This document shows positions 37,855 to 46,422 of a stretch of 64,000 bases of DNA, piece by piece (within the stretch, counting starts at the first letter, position 1; each line of letters starts with the position of its first letter). Source of the stretch: a virus. Under the pieces are notes generated by a model. It did no database searches and was not told where the DNA came from. It saw only the letters and a program-made list of their open reading frames with translations. The position numbers and the translations under genes are program-made. The stretch is from positions 10,465-74,464 of the IMG/VR virus record IMGVR_UViG_3300035180_002703; one strand, 5' to 3'.

Positions 37855-38132
37855 TGGACGCGAATCTGTTTTCGAAGTTCGTCTGCATGGTCAACGACCG
37901 CAAGGATGGTAAGACGTTCGGCGCGGATTTGAGGCTCAGGCCGAGTGGTCGTTTTATCCTCGTCGCTGACGAAGTCGAAGTCGCGAAGGCGCTGGGGCGG
38001 GAATACTACGACTGCGACCCGCGGAGGACTGCCATTGTCGAGATCAGCGTTCGCGATGCGTTCGCGATGATGGCGCGTGACTGTGACGAAGAGACTCTTG
38101 CGCACTATGCCCGCGTGTTGGCGCGGGCATAG
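37854..38132 (+). CDS. hypothetical protein, paralog of 38148
   Basis: FG.DLRL.P.GRF.LV...A.ALGR. Confidence 0.7.
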   Translation: MDANLFSKFVCMVNDRKDGKTFGADLRLRPSGRFILVADEVEVAKALGREYYDCDPRRTAIVEISVRDAFAMMARDCDEETLAHYARVLARA

Positions 38133-38147
38133 GAAGGAGGCGGAGGA

Positions 38148-38450
38148 ATGTCTGCAAAGTCGCGTTCGACGGGGTACCGAGAAGAGCGGTCGGAACATGT
38201 CTGCGTTCTCAGTACGCTATCGTACCATAATCCGTTTGGGCCGGAATTGCGGATAATGCCAGATGGCAGGTTCTTCATGGTCGGAAACGCGGGCGAGATC
38301 GCTGACGCGTTGGGACGGGATACCTGCGAAGGCAGTCGGTGGGCTAGCGTCGTTGTGTCGATCACGGCGCGCGAGGCGTTCGAACTACTGACGCGCGAAG
38401 GTGATTCGGAAACGTTGTCGCGCTATGCGTTCGCGCTAGCTGGCATGTAG
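38148..38450 (+). CDS. hypothetical protein, paralog of 37854
   Basis: FGPELRIMPDGRFFMV. Confidence 0.7.
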   Translation: MSAKSRSTGYREERSEHVCVLSTLSYHNPFGPELRIMPDGRFFMVGNAGEIADALGRDTCEGSRWASVVVSITAREAFELLTREGDSETLSRYAFALAGM

Positions 38451-38474
38451 GGAAACATACCAGGCAACGAACAC

Positions 38475-38503
38475 TTGACAAGTCTTTGCGGGCGTGATAT
38501 AAT
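38475..38503 (+). promoter_or_regulatory. sigma70 promoter
   Basis: TTGACA-17-TATAAT, extended TG. Confidence 0.9.
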
Positions 38504-38526
38504 ATGTGTGTTGGTGAACGGGAGGG

Positions 38527-38557
38527 GCCGGTAAGTCGCCACTACGGGGCGCGCGGT
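38527..38557 (+). ncRNA. structured leader motif copy 8
   Basis: GCCG GUAAGU CGCC A C(UACG)G GGCG CG CGGU. Confidence 0.8.
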
Positions 38558-38570
38558 TCGGAGGTGTTCG

Positions 38571-38954
38571 ATGGACGCGAAGGGGCTGGCGGTTCGTGTG
38601 AACGCGTTGCAGTGGCGAATCTGGAAGGGCGTCGGGGTCGAAGTGTCTTATGATGACGCTTACCGATTGCGAGGGGCGGCGGAGAGTCTGCGCCGGTGGT
38701 ATCGCATGGAATACGGAAACGGGCGCGGTCAGGTAACGCGCGATAAGTCTGGCAGGTCGGTTTTCGTCGATTGCGTTACGACTAAGGCGAAACCGGTTCC
38801 AGATCGTGAGGCGGTGGCGTTGCGTGAGGTTATGGAGGTATGCGCAAGGTGCGGTTTGGCATACCGAACGAGCCACGATTTCCGTGGTTCGGTCTTGTTC
38901 GTGTTCTCTCAGTCGGATACTACTGCGCATCCGAAGGCGGTCGCGTGCGAATGA
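38571..38954 (+). CDS. hypothetical protein, paralog of 40732
   Basis: DDA..LR.AA..LRRWY..E.G. Confidence 0.7.
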   Translation: MDAKGLAVRVNALQWRIWKGVGVEVSYDDAYRLRGAAESLRRWYRMEYGNGRGQVTRDKSGRSVFVDCVTTKAKPVPDREAVALREVMEVCARCGLAYRTSHDFRGSVLFVFSQSDTTAHPKAVACE

Positions 38955-39532
38955 GACCGCGAACCGATTGGGCGCAGATCGCGCCGAAACACTGGGACCG
39001 TGTCAGCGTCGGCATGGCGAACGCTGTGCTGCGCGTGGCGCGCGTGGTACATGGCGCGCGGAATGACCTCGAAACATGGATAACGTCAAGCGCCGTACCT
39101 GTGCGGGGCGAGTGGATGGGGGAGCATCCGAAGTTGGAGGATATCGCCGAAGGGCTTTCCGTTGTCGAGGATTTGCCGTTCGTGTCTCAGTATGATGGGC
39201 GATTCCACTACTACCAGGACATTCGAGAAGGGATTTTCTCGTGTCGCGTGTCCGAGCCCGTTCATGGCGGAGCTGTCGAAACGATCATAGAAACTGGTGC
39301 GGGTTGGTCCGCGCTTGCGGGGATGGTCGATTCCGAGGGGTTCTGCGAGGTTCGCGGAAACATGGAGAAGGCGGATTCCTACTGGTACGAGGCGTGGGCG
39401 GCGATAGGTTTGACGGCACCTATGGGGCCGGTTATGAAACATGGAGAGGGAGAGTGTCTGCGGTGGTTCAAGCGCGGATACGGGCATTATGCCGGGCCCA
39501 TTCAGCTGTCGTTACTCTTGGAGGCGGTCTGA
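38951..39532 (+). CDS. hypothetical protein with C-terminal QLSLL
   Basis: ATGA coupling; distantly like the AW.RAW family. Confidence 0.65.
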   Translation: MRPRTDWAQIAPKHWDRVSVGMANAVLRVARVVHGARNDLETWITSSAVPVRGEWMGEHPKLEDIAEGLSVVEDLPFVSQYDGRFHYYQDIREGIFSCRVSEPVHGGAVETIIETGAGWSALAGMVDSEGFCEVRGNMEKADSYWYEAWAAIGLTAPMGPVMKHGEGECLRWFKRGYGHYAGPIQLSLLLEAV

Positions 39533-39559
39533 ACGGGAGCACGAAAGCCGGGGGGGGGC

Positions 39560-39588
39560 TTGACAAGCTCTGTCGAGTGTGATATAAT
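39560..39588 (+). promoter_or_regulatory. sigma70 promoter
   Basis: TTGACA-17-TATAAT, extended TG. Confidence 0.9.
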
Positions 39589-39609
39589 ATGTGTGCAGTT
39601 GGACGGGGG

Positions 39610-39648
39610 GCCGATAAGTCGCCATTGCCAGTCTGGCAGGCGCGCGGT
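39610..39648 (+). ncRNA. structured leader motif copy 9
   Basis: GCCG AUAAGU CGCC AU UGCCA..UGGCA GGCG CG CGGU. Confidence 0.8.
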
Positions 39649-39656
39649 TCGGAGGA

Positions 39657-40334
39657 ATGAAGATGGACGCGGAGCAGGTTTGGGCGGCGTTGCCGGTGCG
39701 TTTGAAGAATGTGGCGCTTGCCATGGCCCGTGAGTATAATCACGGGTGGGCCGCGTCGTCTGCAGTACCGCCGGCGGGCGAATACTGGGAGTTTCCGGAG
39801 GAGGTCCCGTCGTTGGATCAGATCAAGGCGGGAACTCCTGAAGGACCGCGCGGGCGTGGTATCGCCGGCCCGTGCGTGTCGGGAGCTGACGGATTCTTGT
39901 ACATTACTCATGGCTCGGCCACGGGCAGGCTGCTCATTATCGTTCGGTATTCGGAGCAGGAGGGCGAGCGGTATACCGTGCGCATCGCTCGTCCGAACGG
40001 GAGGAACGCGCAGGGAACATACTGCGTGGATCAGCAGCAGTATGCCGGGAGCGCGGAGGCTACCGCGTGGGGCCCGCGGCATTTTGCCGCGTGGCATCGC
40101 GCGTGGGGAGTGCTTGGCCTTTCTCCGGCGTTCCCGGAACTCGCGCGAGAGTGGGAGTTCGACTTGACGGAGGAAGGAATCCCGAATGACGGGCGGTTGG
40201 AGTTTGCGACCGTTCACCTGCGGGCGGGAGCCCGTCCGCGGGCGGAGGACTTGTATGATTGTCTTCGCATCGCTGACGCAGTCTATGTTCACGGGGCGAA
40301 CGGAGGAGTCGCCCGGATAGTTGCGCAGGACTGA
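39657..40334 (+). CDS. hypothetical protein, AW.RAW paralog family
   Basis: VWAALP...AREY...HFAAWHRAW. Confidence 0.75.
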   Translation: MKMDAEQVWAALPVRLKNVALAMAREYNHGWAASSAVPPAGEYWEFPEEVPSLDQIKAGTPEGPRGRGIAGPCVSGADGFLYITHGSATGRLLIIVRYSEQEGERYTVRIARPNGRNAQGTYCVDQQQYAGSAEATAWGPRHFAAWHRAWGVLGLSPAFPELAREWEFDLTEEGIPNDGRLEFATVHLRAGARPRAEDLYDCLRIADAVYVHGANGGVARIVAQD

Positions 40335-40375
40335 TCGGCGGGAGCAGGTTCGGGCGCGTGCAGGTGCGGGCGAGG

Positions 40376-40615
40376 GGCGCAGAGTCTCTCGCTCGTGCTT
40401 GCGCGTGCTCGTGCGTGTCGGGCGCGTACGCGGGCGCATACGGTCGGGCGCGTGTTCGTGGTACCCGCGGGCGTTCGCGCGCGTCTCCGTCGATCCTGGC
40501 GCGATTATGGCGCATTCTGGCAGGGGCCCGGGCCGTCGTGCGTGCGTGCGTGCGTGTTCGCGTGCGTGCGTTCGCGTGTTGCCGTCTATGGTATCTGGCA
40601 ATAGGCGAAACATAC
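40376..40615. repeat. dispersed GC-rich intergenic repeat, copy A
   Basis: GGCGCAGAGTCTCTCGC...GATCCTGG block also at 41826-41973. Confidence 0.8.
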
Positions 40616-40638
40616 CGGGATAATCTTTCGGGCAGGGC

Positions 40639-40667
40639 TTGACAGGTTCGGCGGCGCATGGTAGTAT
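40639..40667 (+). promoter_or_regulatory. sigma70 promoter
   Basis: TTGACA-17-TAGTAT, extended TG. Confidence 0.75.
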
Positions 40668-40679
40668 ATATGCATAACT

Positions 40680-40718
40680 ACCGATAAGTCGTCACTACCG
40701 AGAGGCAGGGCGCGCGGT
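40680..40718 (+). ncRNA. structured leader motif copy 10
   Basis: ACCG AUAAGU CGUC A..GAGA loop..GGCG CG CGGU. Confidence 0.8.
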
Positions 40719-40731
40719 GCGGAGGGGTGAC

Positions 40732-41106
40732 ATGGACGCATACGATAAGACCGAACTCGTTCGGTTGCGGATTCTCGCCGGGTGCGGTGTCAAGCTTGCC
40801 TTTGATGATGCGCAGACTCTGCGCCGGGCCGCGCGAACGCTTCGCCGCTGGTACGAGGCGGAATGTGGGGATGCATCGGGCGTCGTTTTCCGCGGGCCGG
40901 GCGGTAAGCCGTTCCGCGAGTCTTATACGGGCGCGTCTGTTCCCGTACGCGATATGGAGTCTGGCGCGGTCCGCCGCGTGCAGGAGGTTTGTACGCGGTA
41001 TGGGCTAAGCTATAAGCTGAACACGGACCCGCGCGGCGGCGTGCTATATGTTACGTCTCCCGCGTTGTCGTTAGATTATTCGTTCGGTGTGCCCGTCGAC
41101 GTTTGA
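40732..41106 (+). CDS. hypothetical protein, paralog of 38571
   Basis: DDAQTLRRAARTLRRWYEAECG...DPRG. Confidence 0.75.
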   Translation: MDAYDKTELVRLRILAGCGVKLAFDDAQTLRRAARTLRRWYEAECGDASGVVFRGPGGKPFRESYTGASVPVRDMESGAVRRVQEVCTRYGLSYKLNTDPRGGVLYVTSPALSLDYSFGVPVDV

Positions 41107-41138
41107 TGGGGCGCAGGTTCGGGCGGGGTGCTGGTAGT

Positions 41139-41176
41139 CGCCGGTAAGGCGCTAACGCGAAGGCGGGCGCGCGGCG
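41139..41176 (+). ncRNA. structured leader motif copy 11
   Basis: CGCCG GUAAGG CGCU AA..GGCG CG CGGCG. Confidence 0.8.
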
Positions 41177-41189
41177 CAGGAGGGATTCG

Positions 41190-41594
41190 ATGGATTCTCA
41201 TGAGGTGTGGGCGGCGCTTCCGGAGCATGTGCGCGAAGTGGCGCAACGCATCGCGCGCGAATACGGGCCGAATGTCTCTCTTTCCGAGTCGGCGTTCGAG
41301 TGTTGCGGCGGGTTGTGTTGGGGATACCGCGGGTATGACGGGGCCCGATTCTATATCGCGATACTCTGGACCGAGGATAGGGGGTTGCGGTGCTTCGTTG
41401 GGGTCGACGGATACCTGCCGCATATCGCATATGGTTCGTGTTCGCTGACGGACGGGAAACTGCTTGAGCATCATGCAGACTCGGGAGAGTGGCAGGACCG
41501 TCACTATGCGGCGTGGCGTCGCGCGTGGGGCGCAGTCGGGTTGTCTGTGCCGTTTCCGGGAGCGGCGCAGGAGGTTCGCTATGATTGTCTGTGA
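41190..41594 (+). CDS. hypothetical protein, AW.RAW paralog family
   Basis: VWAALPEHV...HYAAWRRAWG. Confidence 0.75.
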   Translation: MDSHEVWAALPEHVREVAQRIAREYGPNVSLSESAFECCGGLCWGYRGYDGARFYIAILWTEDRGLRCFVGVDGYLPHIAYGSCSLTDGKLLEHHADSGEWQDRHYAAWRRAWGAVGLSVPFPGAAQEVRYDCL

Positions 41595-41790
41595 TTATCA
41601 CTCCAAGGGCCGGGGCGCGTCGTTCTCCGGGTCTCGGGTGACTATTCGGACCGCTTCAGGCAGTGTAGTCGACGTTATCTACGTGCCGTCATGGTACGGT
41701 TTGAGGTACCTGCGGCAGCATCCGTCTGGTACATACGGGCGCAGGTTCTCGGCGGCGTGCGCGCGGGCCCGGGAGTTGGATCAGGGCTAA
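41581..41790 (+). CDS. hypothetical protein
   Basis: SD AGGAGG. Confidence 0.55.
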   Translation: MIVCDYHSKGRGASFSGSRVTIRTASGSVVDVIYVPSWYGLRYLRQHPSGTYGRRFSAACARARELDQG

Positions 41791-41825
41791 GCGCGGTTCT
41801 CGGCGGGCGCAGTAAGCGGGCGGGA

Positions 41826-42241
41826 GGCGCAGAGTCTCTCGCCCGTTCGCGTGCGTGCGTGCTCGTGCTCGTGCTCGTGCGTGCGTGCGTGTCGGGCGCG
41901 TACGCGGGCGCATACGGTCGGGCGCGTGTCGCAGGTACCTGCGGGCGTTCGCGCGCGTCTCCGTCGATCCTGGAGCGGTTGCGGCGCATTCTGTCGCGGT
42001 GGTAGTCTGTCGGCGGCGTGTTCGCGTGTCGGTCGTTCGCGCGTGCGTGTTCGCGTGCACTACCTGCCGGGCGCGGTGGTAGTCTACCTGCCGGCGGCGC
42101 GGGCTGGATCGGGCGGCGCAGGTACCACGGCGGGCGCGTCGTGCTCGTGCTCGTGCGTGCGTATGCGTGCGTGCGTATGCGTGCGCGTGCGTGTTCGCGT
42201 GCGCGTTGCCGGGGGGTTGTCTGGCAATAGGCGAAACATAC
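41826..42241. repeat. dispersed GC-rich intergenic repeat, copy B
   Basis: Matches 40376-40615, including TCTGGCAATAGGCGAAACATAC. Confidence 0.8.
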
Positions 42242-42263
42242 TAAGTTTTTTTAGTCGCGGCTA

Positions 42264-42292
42264 TTGACTCGGCGCGCGCGGCGTGGTATTAT
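42264..42292 (+). promoter_or_regulatory. sigma70 promoter
   Basis: TTGACT-17-TATTAT, extended TG. Confidence 0.75.
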
Positions 42293-42303
42293 CTATGCAT
42301 AAC

Positions 42304-42342
42304 AACCGGTAAGGCGCTATCGCAAAGGCGAGGCGCGCGGTT
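42304..42342 (+). ncRNA. structured leader motif copy 12
   Basis: AACCG GUAAGG CGCU A UCGC(AAAG)GCGA GGCG CG CGGUU. Confidence 0.8.
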
Positions 42343-42349
42343 CGGAGGA

Positions 42350-42739
42350 ATGAAAATGGACGCTCTGCAGCAGGTTCGCGAAGCATGGGCCGGTCTGCCG
42401 TACCTGGTGAAGGCGCGCGCGGGCGCGGTGGCGGCAGTGTTCAACGTCGACGAGCCTTCTGACTATGCGTTTGTCGGTTCAGACGGTGCCTATGGCTGGT
42501 CGTGTGCGGTAGTTCCGAGCGGGCTTTCTGTTCTCATTCGTTCCCGGGCGTCCGGTATGCTCCTGGTCGTTACTGTGTACAACGAGGAAGGGCAGGCTAT
42601 CACGGCGTCGATCGGAGAGGACATGTTCGAAACTACAACGATCGGTACGGAGTGGGGGCCGCGGCAAGCGGCGCTTTGGAATCAGGTTTGGGCGGTTCTC
42701 GGATACCGTATGCCGTTTCCTGTTCCCGTGAAGTGCTAG
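42350..42739 (+). CDS. hypothetical protein, AW.RAW paralog family
   Basis: AWAGLP...WGPRQAALWNQVW..LG...PFP. Confidence 0.7.
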   Translation: MKMDALQQVREAWAGLPYLVKARAGAVAAVFNVDEPSDYAFVGSDGAYGWSCAVVPSGLSVLIRSRASGMLLVVTVYNEEGQAITASIGEDMFETTTIGTEWGPRQAALWNQVWAVLGYRMPFPVPVKC

Positions 42740-42785
42740 GCGTGCAAGGGCCGGGCGGGGCGCAAGCTCCGCTCGGCTTGCAGGT

Positions 42786-42825
42786 CGCCGGTAAGTCGCT
42801 AACGCCGGAAGGCGGGCGCGCGGCG
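42786..42825 (+). ncRNA. structured leader motif copy 13
   Basis: CGCCG GUAAGU CGCU AA CGCC(GGAA)GGCG GGCG CG CGGCG. Confidence 0.8.
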
Positions 42826-42838
42826 CAGGAGGAATGAC

Positions 42839-43018
42839 ATGGCCGGTTTCGTTGTCTGCTACATGCCGTCGGCGCAGTCGGCAGGTTCGGCGGAGCAGGT
42901 TCGGCGCGTGCAGGTTCGCGCGCAGGATACCCGGGCGCAGGACCGGGCGCGGGCGGTGCAGCGGGCGCAGGCGCGGCGTGCGAAGCTCTTCGAGCGGGCC
43001 GCCGAGTCTGTCGAGTAG
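42839..43018 (+). CDS. 59-aa Arg/Ala/Gln-rich peptide
   Basis: SD GGAGGA 5 nt before ATG 42839; absent from the ORF track. Confidence 0.5.
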   Translation: MAGFVVCYMPSAQSAGSAEQVRRVQVRAQDTRAQDRARAVQRAQARRAKLFERAAESVE

Positions 43019-43019
43019 T

Positions 43020-46000
43020 TCGGCAGGGCGGGAGGTTTCGACGGCGCAGGGGCTTGCCGTCGAAGATCGGGCGGGGCGCGCGAACGCTCCGCCCATTCTT
43101 TCGCGTGTCGTACATAGGCGGGCGCGTGTCGCAGGTACCTGCGGGCGGTTCCGTGCGTCTCCGGGCATCCTGGAGCGGTTGCGGGGCGTTCTAGCGGGCG
43201 CGTTCGCGTGCAGTCTGCAGGATAGGCGGCGCAGGTACCCGGCGGGCGCAGGTACCCGGCGGGCGCAGGTACCCGGCGGCGCAGTCTGTCGGAGATCCGG
43301 CGGGCGCAGGTACCCGGGCGGCGCTTACCCGGCGGCACTACCCGGCGGCACTACCCGGCGGGCGCAGGTTTCGGCGGGTTCCGTACCCGGGCGGCGCTTA
43401 CCTGTTCGCGTATCCGTTCACTACCTGCGGGCGTCGCTTCTACCCGTACCCGTTCTGCTACCCGTTCCGTACCCGTGCGGCGCGTGTCCGTCCATCCTGG
43501 AGCGAAAGCGGCGCATTCTGGCAGGTACCCGGCGGCACTACCCGGGCGCAGGTACCCGGCGGCGTACCCGTTCACTACCTGCGGGCAGGTACCCGGGCGG
43601 CTACCCGGCGGCTACCCGTTCCGTACCTGCGGGCGGAGCTTCTACCCGGGCGGAGCTTCTACCCGGGCGGGCAGGTACCCGGTGGACGCGTTCGCGCGCG
43701 TTCTACCCGTCGACCGGCTACCCGTTCGCGTGCAGGATACCCGGGCGGCGCTTACCCGGCCCATAGGCGGCGCTTACCCGGGCGGGCCCATAGGCGGGCG
43801 GCTACCTGCTACCTGCTACCCGGGCGGAGCTTCTACCCGTTGCCATTCGGCGGCGCTTCTACCCGGCCCATAGGCGGCCCATAGGCGGCGCTTACCTGCT
43901 ACCCGGGCGGCTACCTGCTCTGCTACCCGGCCCATAGGCGGCAGGTACCCGGGCGGCAGGTACCCGGGCGGCTTGCCGTACCACGGCGGGCGGGTCCATA
44001 GGCGGGCGGGTTCCGCAGGTTCCGTACCCGGCGGCGCTTGCCGTACCCGTTGCCGTACCTGCTACCCGGGCGGCAGGATAGGCGGGCGGGCCCATAGGCG
44101 GGCGGGTTCGGCGGCGTACCTGCTACCTGCTACCTGCTACCCGTTGCCGTACCCGGCGGCGCTTGCCGTACCTGCTACCCGGGCGGCGCTTCTACCTGTT
44201 CGCTCGTACCTGCTACCCGTACCCGTGCGGCAGGTTCCGTGCTCGTGCAGGTACCCGGGCGGCGCTTACTGCTACCCGTTGCCGTACCCGGCGGCGTGTT
44301 CGGCTCGTGCTACCCGTACCCGTTACCCGTGCAGGTTCGGCGGCAGGTACCTGCTCTGCTACCCGGCTTCTACCCGGCTTCGGCTTCGGCGCGCGGCTTC
44401 ACCTTCTACCCGGCTTCATGGCGCTTACCTGCTACCCGTACCCGTGCAGTCTTCTGCTACCCGGCTTCTGCTCGTGCAGGTTCGGCAGGTTCGCGATACC
44501 CGGCGGCTTCTACCCGTCGACCGTCTACCTGCTACGGCGTCTTTGCCGTACCTGCTCTGCTACCCGTACCCGGTGCGGCGGCTTCGTACCCGTGCAGGTT
44601 CGCGCGCGGCTTCTACTCGGCGGCTTTCGGCGGCTTCTACCCGTCGACCGTCTACCTGTTCGGCGGATTTGCCGTACCCGTACCCGTACCCGTACCCGTA
44701 CCCGTGCAGGTTCGGCGGCGGCTTCTACCCGGCTTCACCTTCTACCCGGCTTCTGCTACCCGGCTTCGTACCCGTGCGGCTTCGCGGTATCCTGCGGCTT
44801 CTACCCGGCTTCTTCTCGGCTTTGGACGGCTTCGCGGCGGCTTCTACGGAGCTTACCTGCTACCTGCTTCGCGGCGGCTTCACCTTCGCGGCTTCTCGGA
44901 GGATACGGCGGCTTTCTGCTACCCGGTGCGGCTTTCTGCTACCCGGCTTCACCTTCTCGGCTTCACCTTCTCGGCTTTCTGCTACCCGTGCGGCTTCGGC
45001 TTCACCTTCTCGGCGGCTTCTACCCGGCTTCTCGGAGGATACGGCGCTTACCCGTTACCCGTGCAGGTTCGGCGGCTTCGGCGGTCTTCGGCTTCTACCC
45101 GGCTTCTGCTACCCGTGCGGCTTCGCGGGTTCGGCTTCGGCGGCTTCTGCTACCTGCTTCGCGGCGGCTTCTACCTGCTACGCGGCTTCGCGGCTTCTGC
45201 TACCCGGCTTCTACCTGCTACCCGGCTTCTACCTGCTACGCGGCTTCTACGGCGCTTCTACGGCTTCGGCGGCGCTTACCTGCTACCCGTACCCGGTGGA
45301 CGCCTTCGCCTTCTCGGCGGCTTCTACGCGGCTTCTACTGCTACCCGTGCGGCTTCGCCTTCGGCTTCGGCGGCGGCTTCTGCTACCTGCTACCTGCTCT
45401 GCTACCCGGCTTCGGAGTGATACCCGGCTTCGGAGTGTTTCGGAGGATACGGCGCTTACCTGCTACGCGGCGGCTTCGCGGGTTCGGCTTCTTCGCCTAC
45501 TCGGCGGCTTCGTACCCGTGCGGCTTCTACCTGCTACCCGGCTTCTCGGCTTTCGGCGGCTTCCATGGCGCTTACCTGCTACCTGCTACCTGCTACCTGC
45601 TATCTGCTACCTGCTACCTGCTATCTGCTACCTGCTACCTGCTACCTGCTACCTGCTATCTGCTACCTGCTACCTGCTACCTGCTACCCGGCTTCTTCTC
45701 GGCTTCTCGGCGGCTTCGGAGTGTTTCGGAGTGCTACCCGGCTTCGGCGGCTTCGGTCGCAGGTATGGGCGCAAGCATGGGCGCAGGTATGGGCGCGGCT
45801 TCTGCTACCTGCTACCCGGCGGCTTTGGACGGCTTCGCTTGTGCTACCCGTACCCGATACCTGCGCCATACCCGGCGGCTTCGCGGCTTTGGACGGCTTC
45901 GGAGTGTTTCGGAGGATATGGCGGCTTCGCGGCTTCTGCTACCCGGCTTCTACCCGGCTTCTATGCGGCGGCTTCTGCTACCTGCTACCCGGTTTCTATG

Positions 46001-46090
46001 CGGGTTCGGGTTCGGGTTCGGCTTCTACCCGGCTTCTGCTACTCGGCGGATTCGGAGTGTTTCGGAGTGTTTCGGAGGATTATCGGCAGG
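43020..46090. repeat. ~3 kb low-complexity mosaic of short words
   Basis: Built from CTACCCGG, CGGCTTC, TACCTGC, GCAGGT, TACCCG; tandem TACCTGC run at ~45573-45688. Confidence 0.9.
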
Positions 46091-46116
46091 TTCGCGCGAA
46101 TTTTCGCATACGAGGC

Positions 46117-46146
46117 TTGACAGTTTCGCGGGTTATTATCTATAAC
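46117..46146 (+). promoter_or_regulatory. probable sigma70 promoter
   Basis: TTGACA-18-TATAAC. Confidence 0.55.
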
Positions 46147-46246
46147 ACGGCGAATCTGCTGGTACGCCGTGTCCGTGCGCCGTAGCTTATCGGCGCGTAT
46201 GATATAGGCGGAAGGTCGTACTACTTGCGGTCTTCCGCCATTCTTT
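46145..46246 (+). ncRNA. candidate small RNA complementary to the leader motif
   Basis: Three consecutive inverted repeats, the last terminator-like; middle segment CCGUGCGCC-GUA-GCUUAUCGGC. Confidence 0.55.
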
Positions 46247-46422
46247 GGGGAGCATAGGGAGTAAGGGAGCATGGGCAGGGAGCGTCGGAATCTCTCGGCG
46301 GTCGAATTGGAGCAGGAACGGCGGGAGCGGGAGAGGGAGCGAAGGGAGCGGGAACGGCGCAGGAGTCGGCGCAGTAAGCGTCGCGGGTGGATGGATTCGG
46401 CGCAGTATAGGGAGTATGTCTG

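Noticed and set aside
21324-42825. Leader copies or other repeats as a CRISPR array
   Set aside because: Dispersed, variable in sequence, no regular spacers and no cas genes
42834-43766. 310-aa ORF after leader 13
   Set aside because: Its ATG abuts the SD and the frame runs through repeats; the ATG at 42839 is properly spaced
43973-46145. Long ORFs of 715, 660 and 393 aa
   Set aside because: All three plus-strand frames are open because the repeat words lack stop codons; no SD and low-complexity translations
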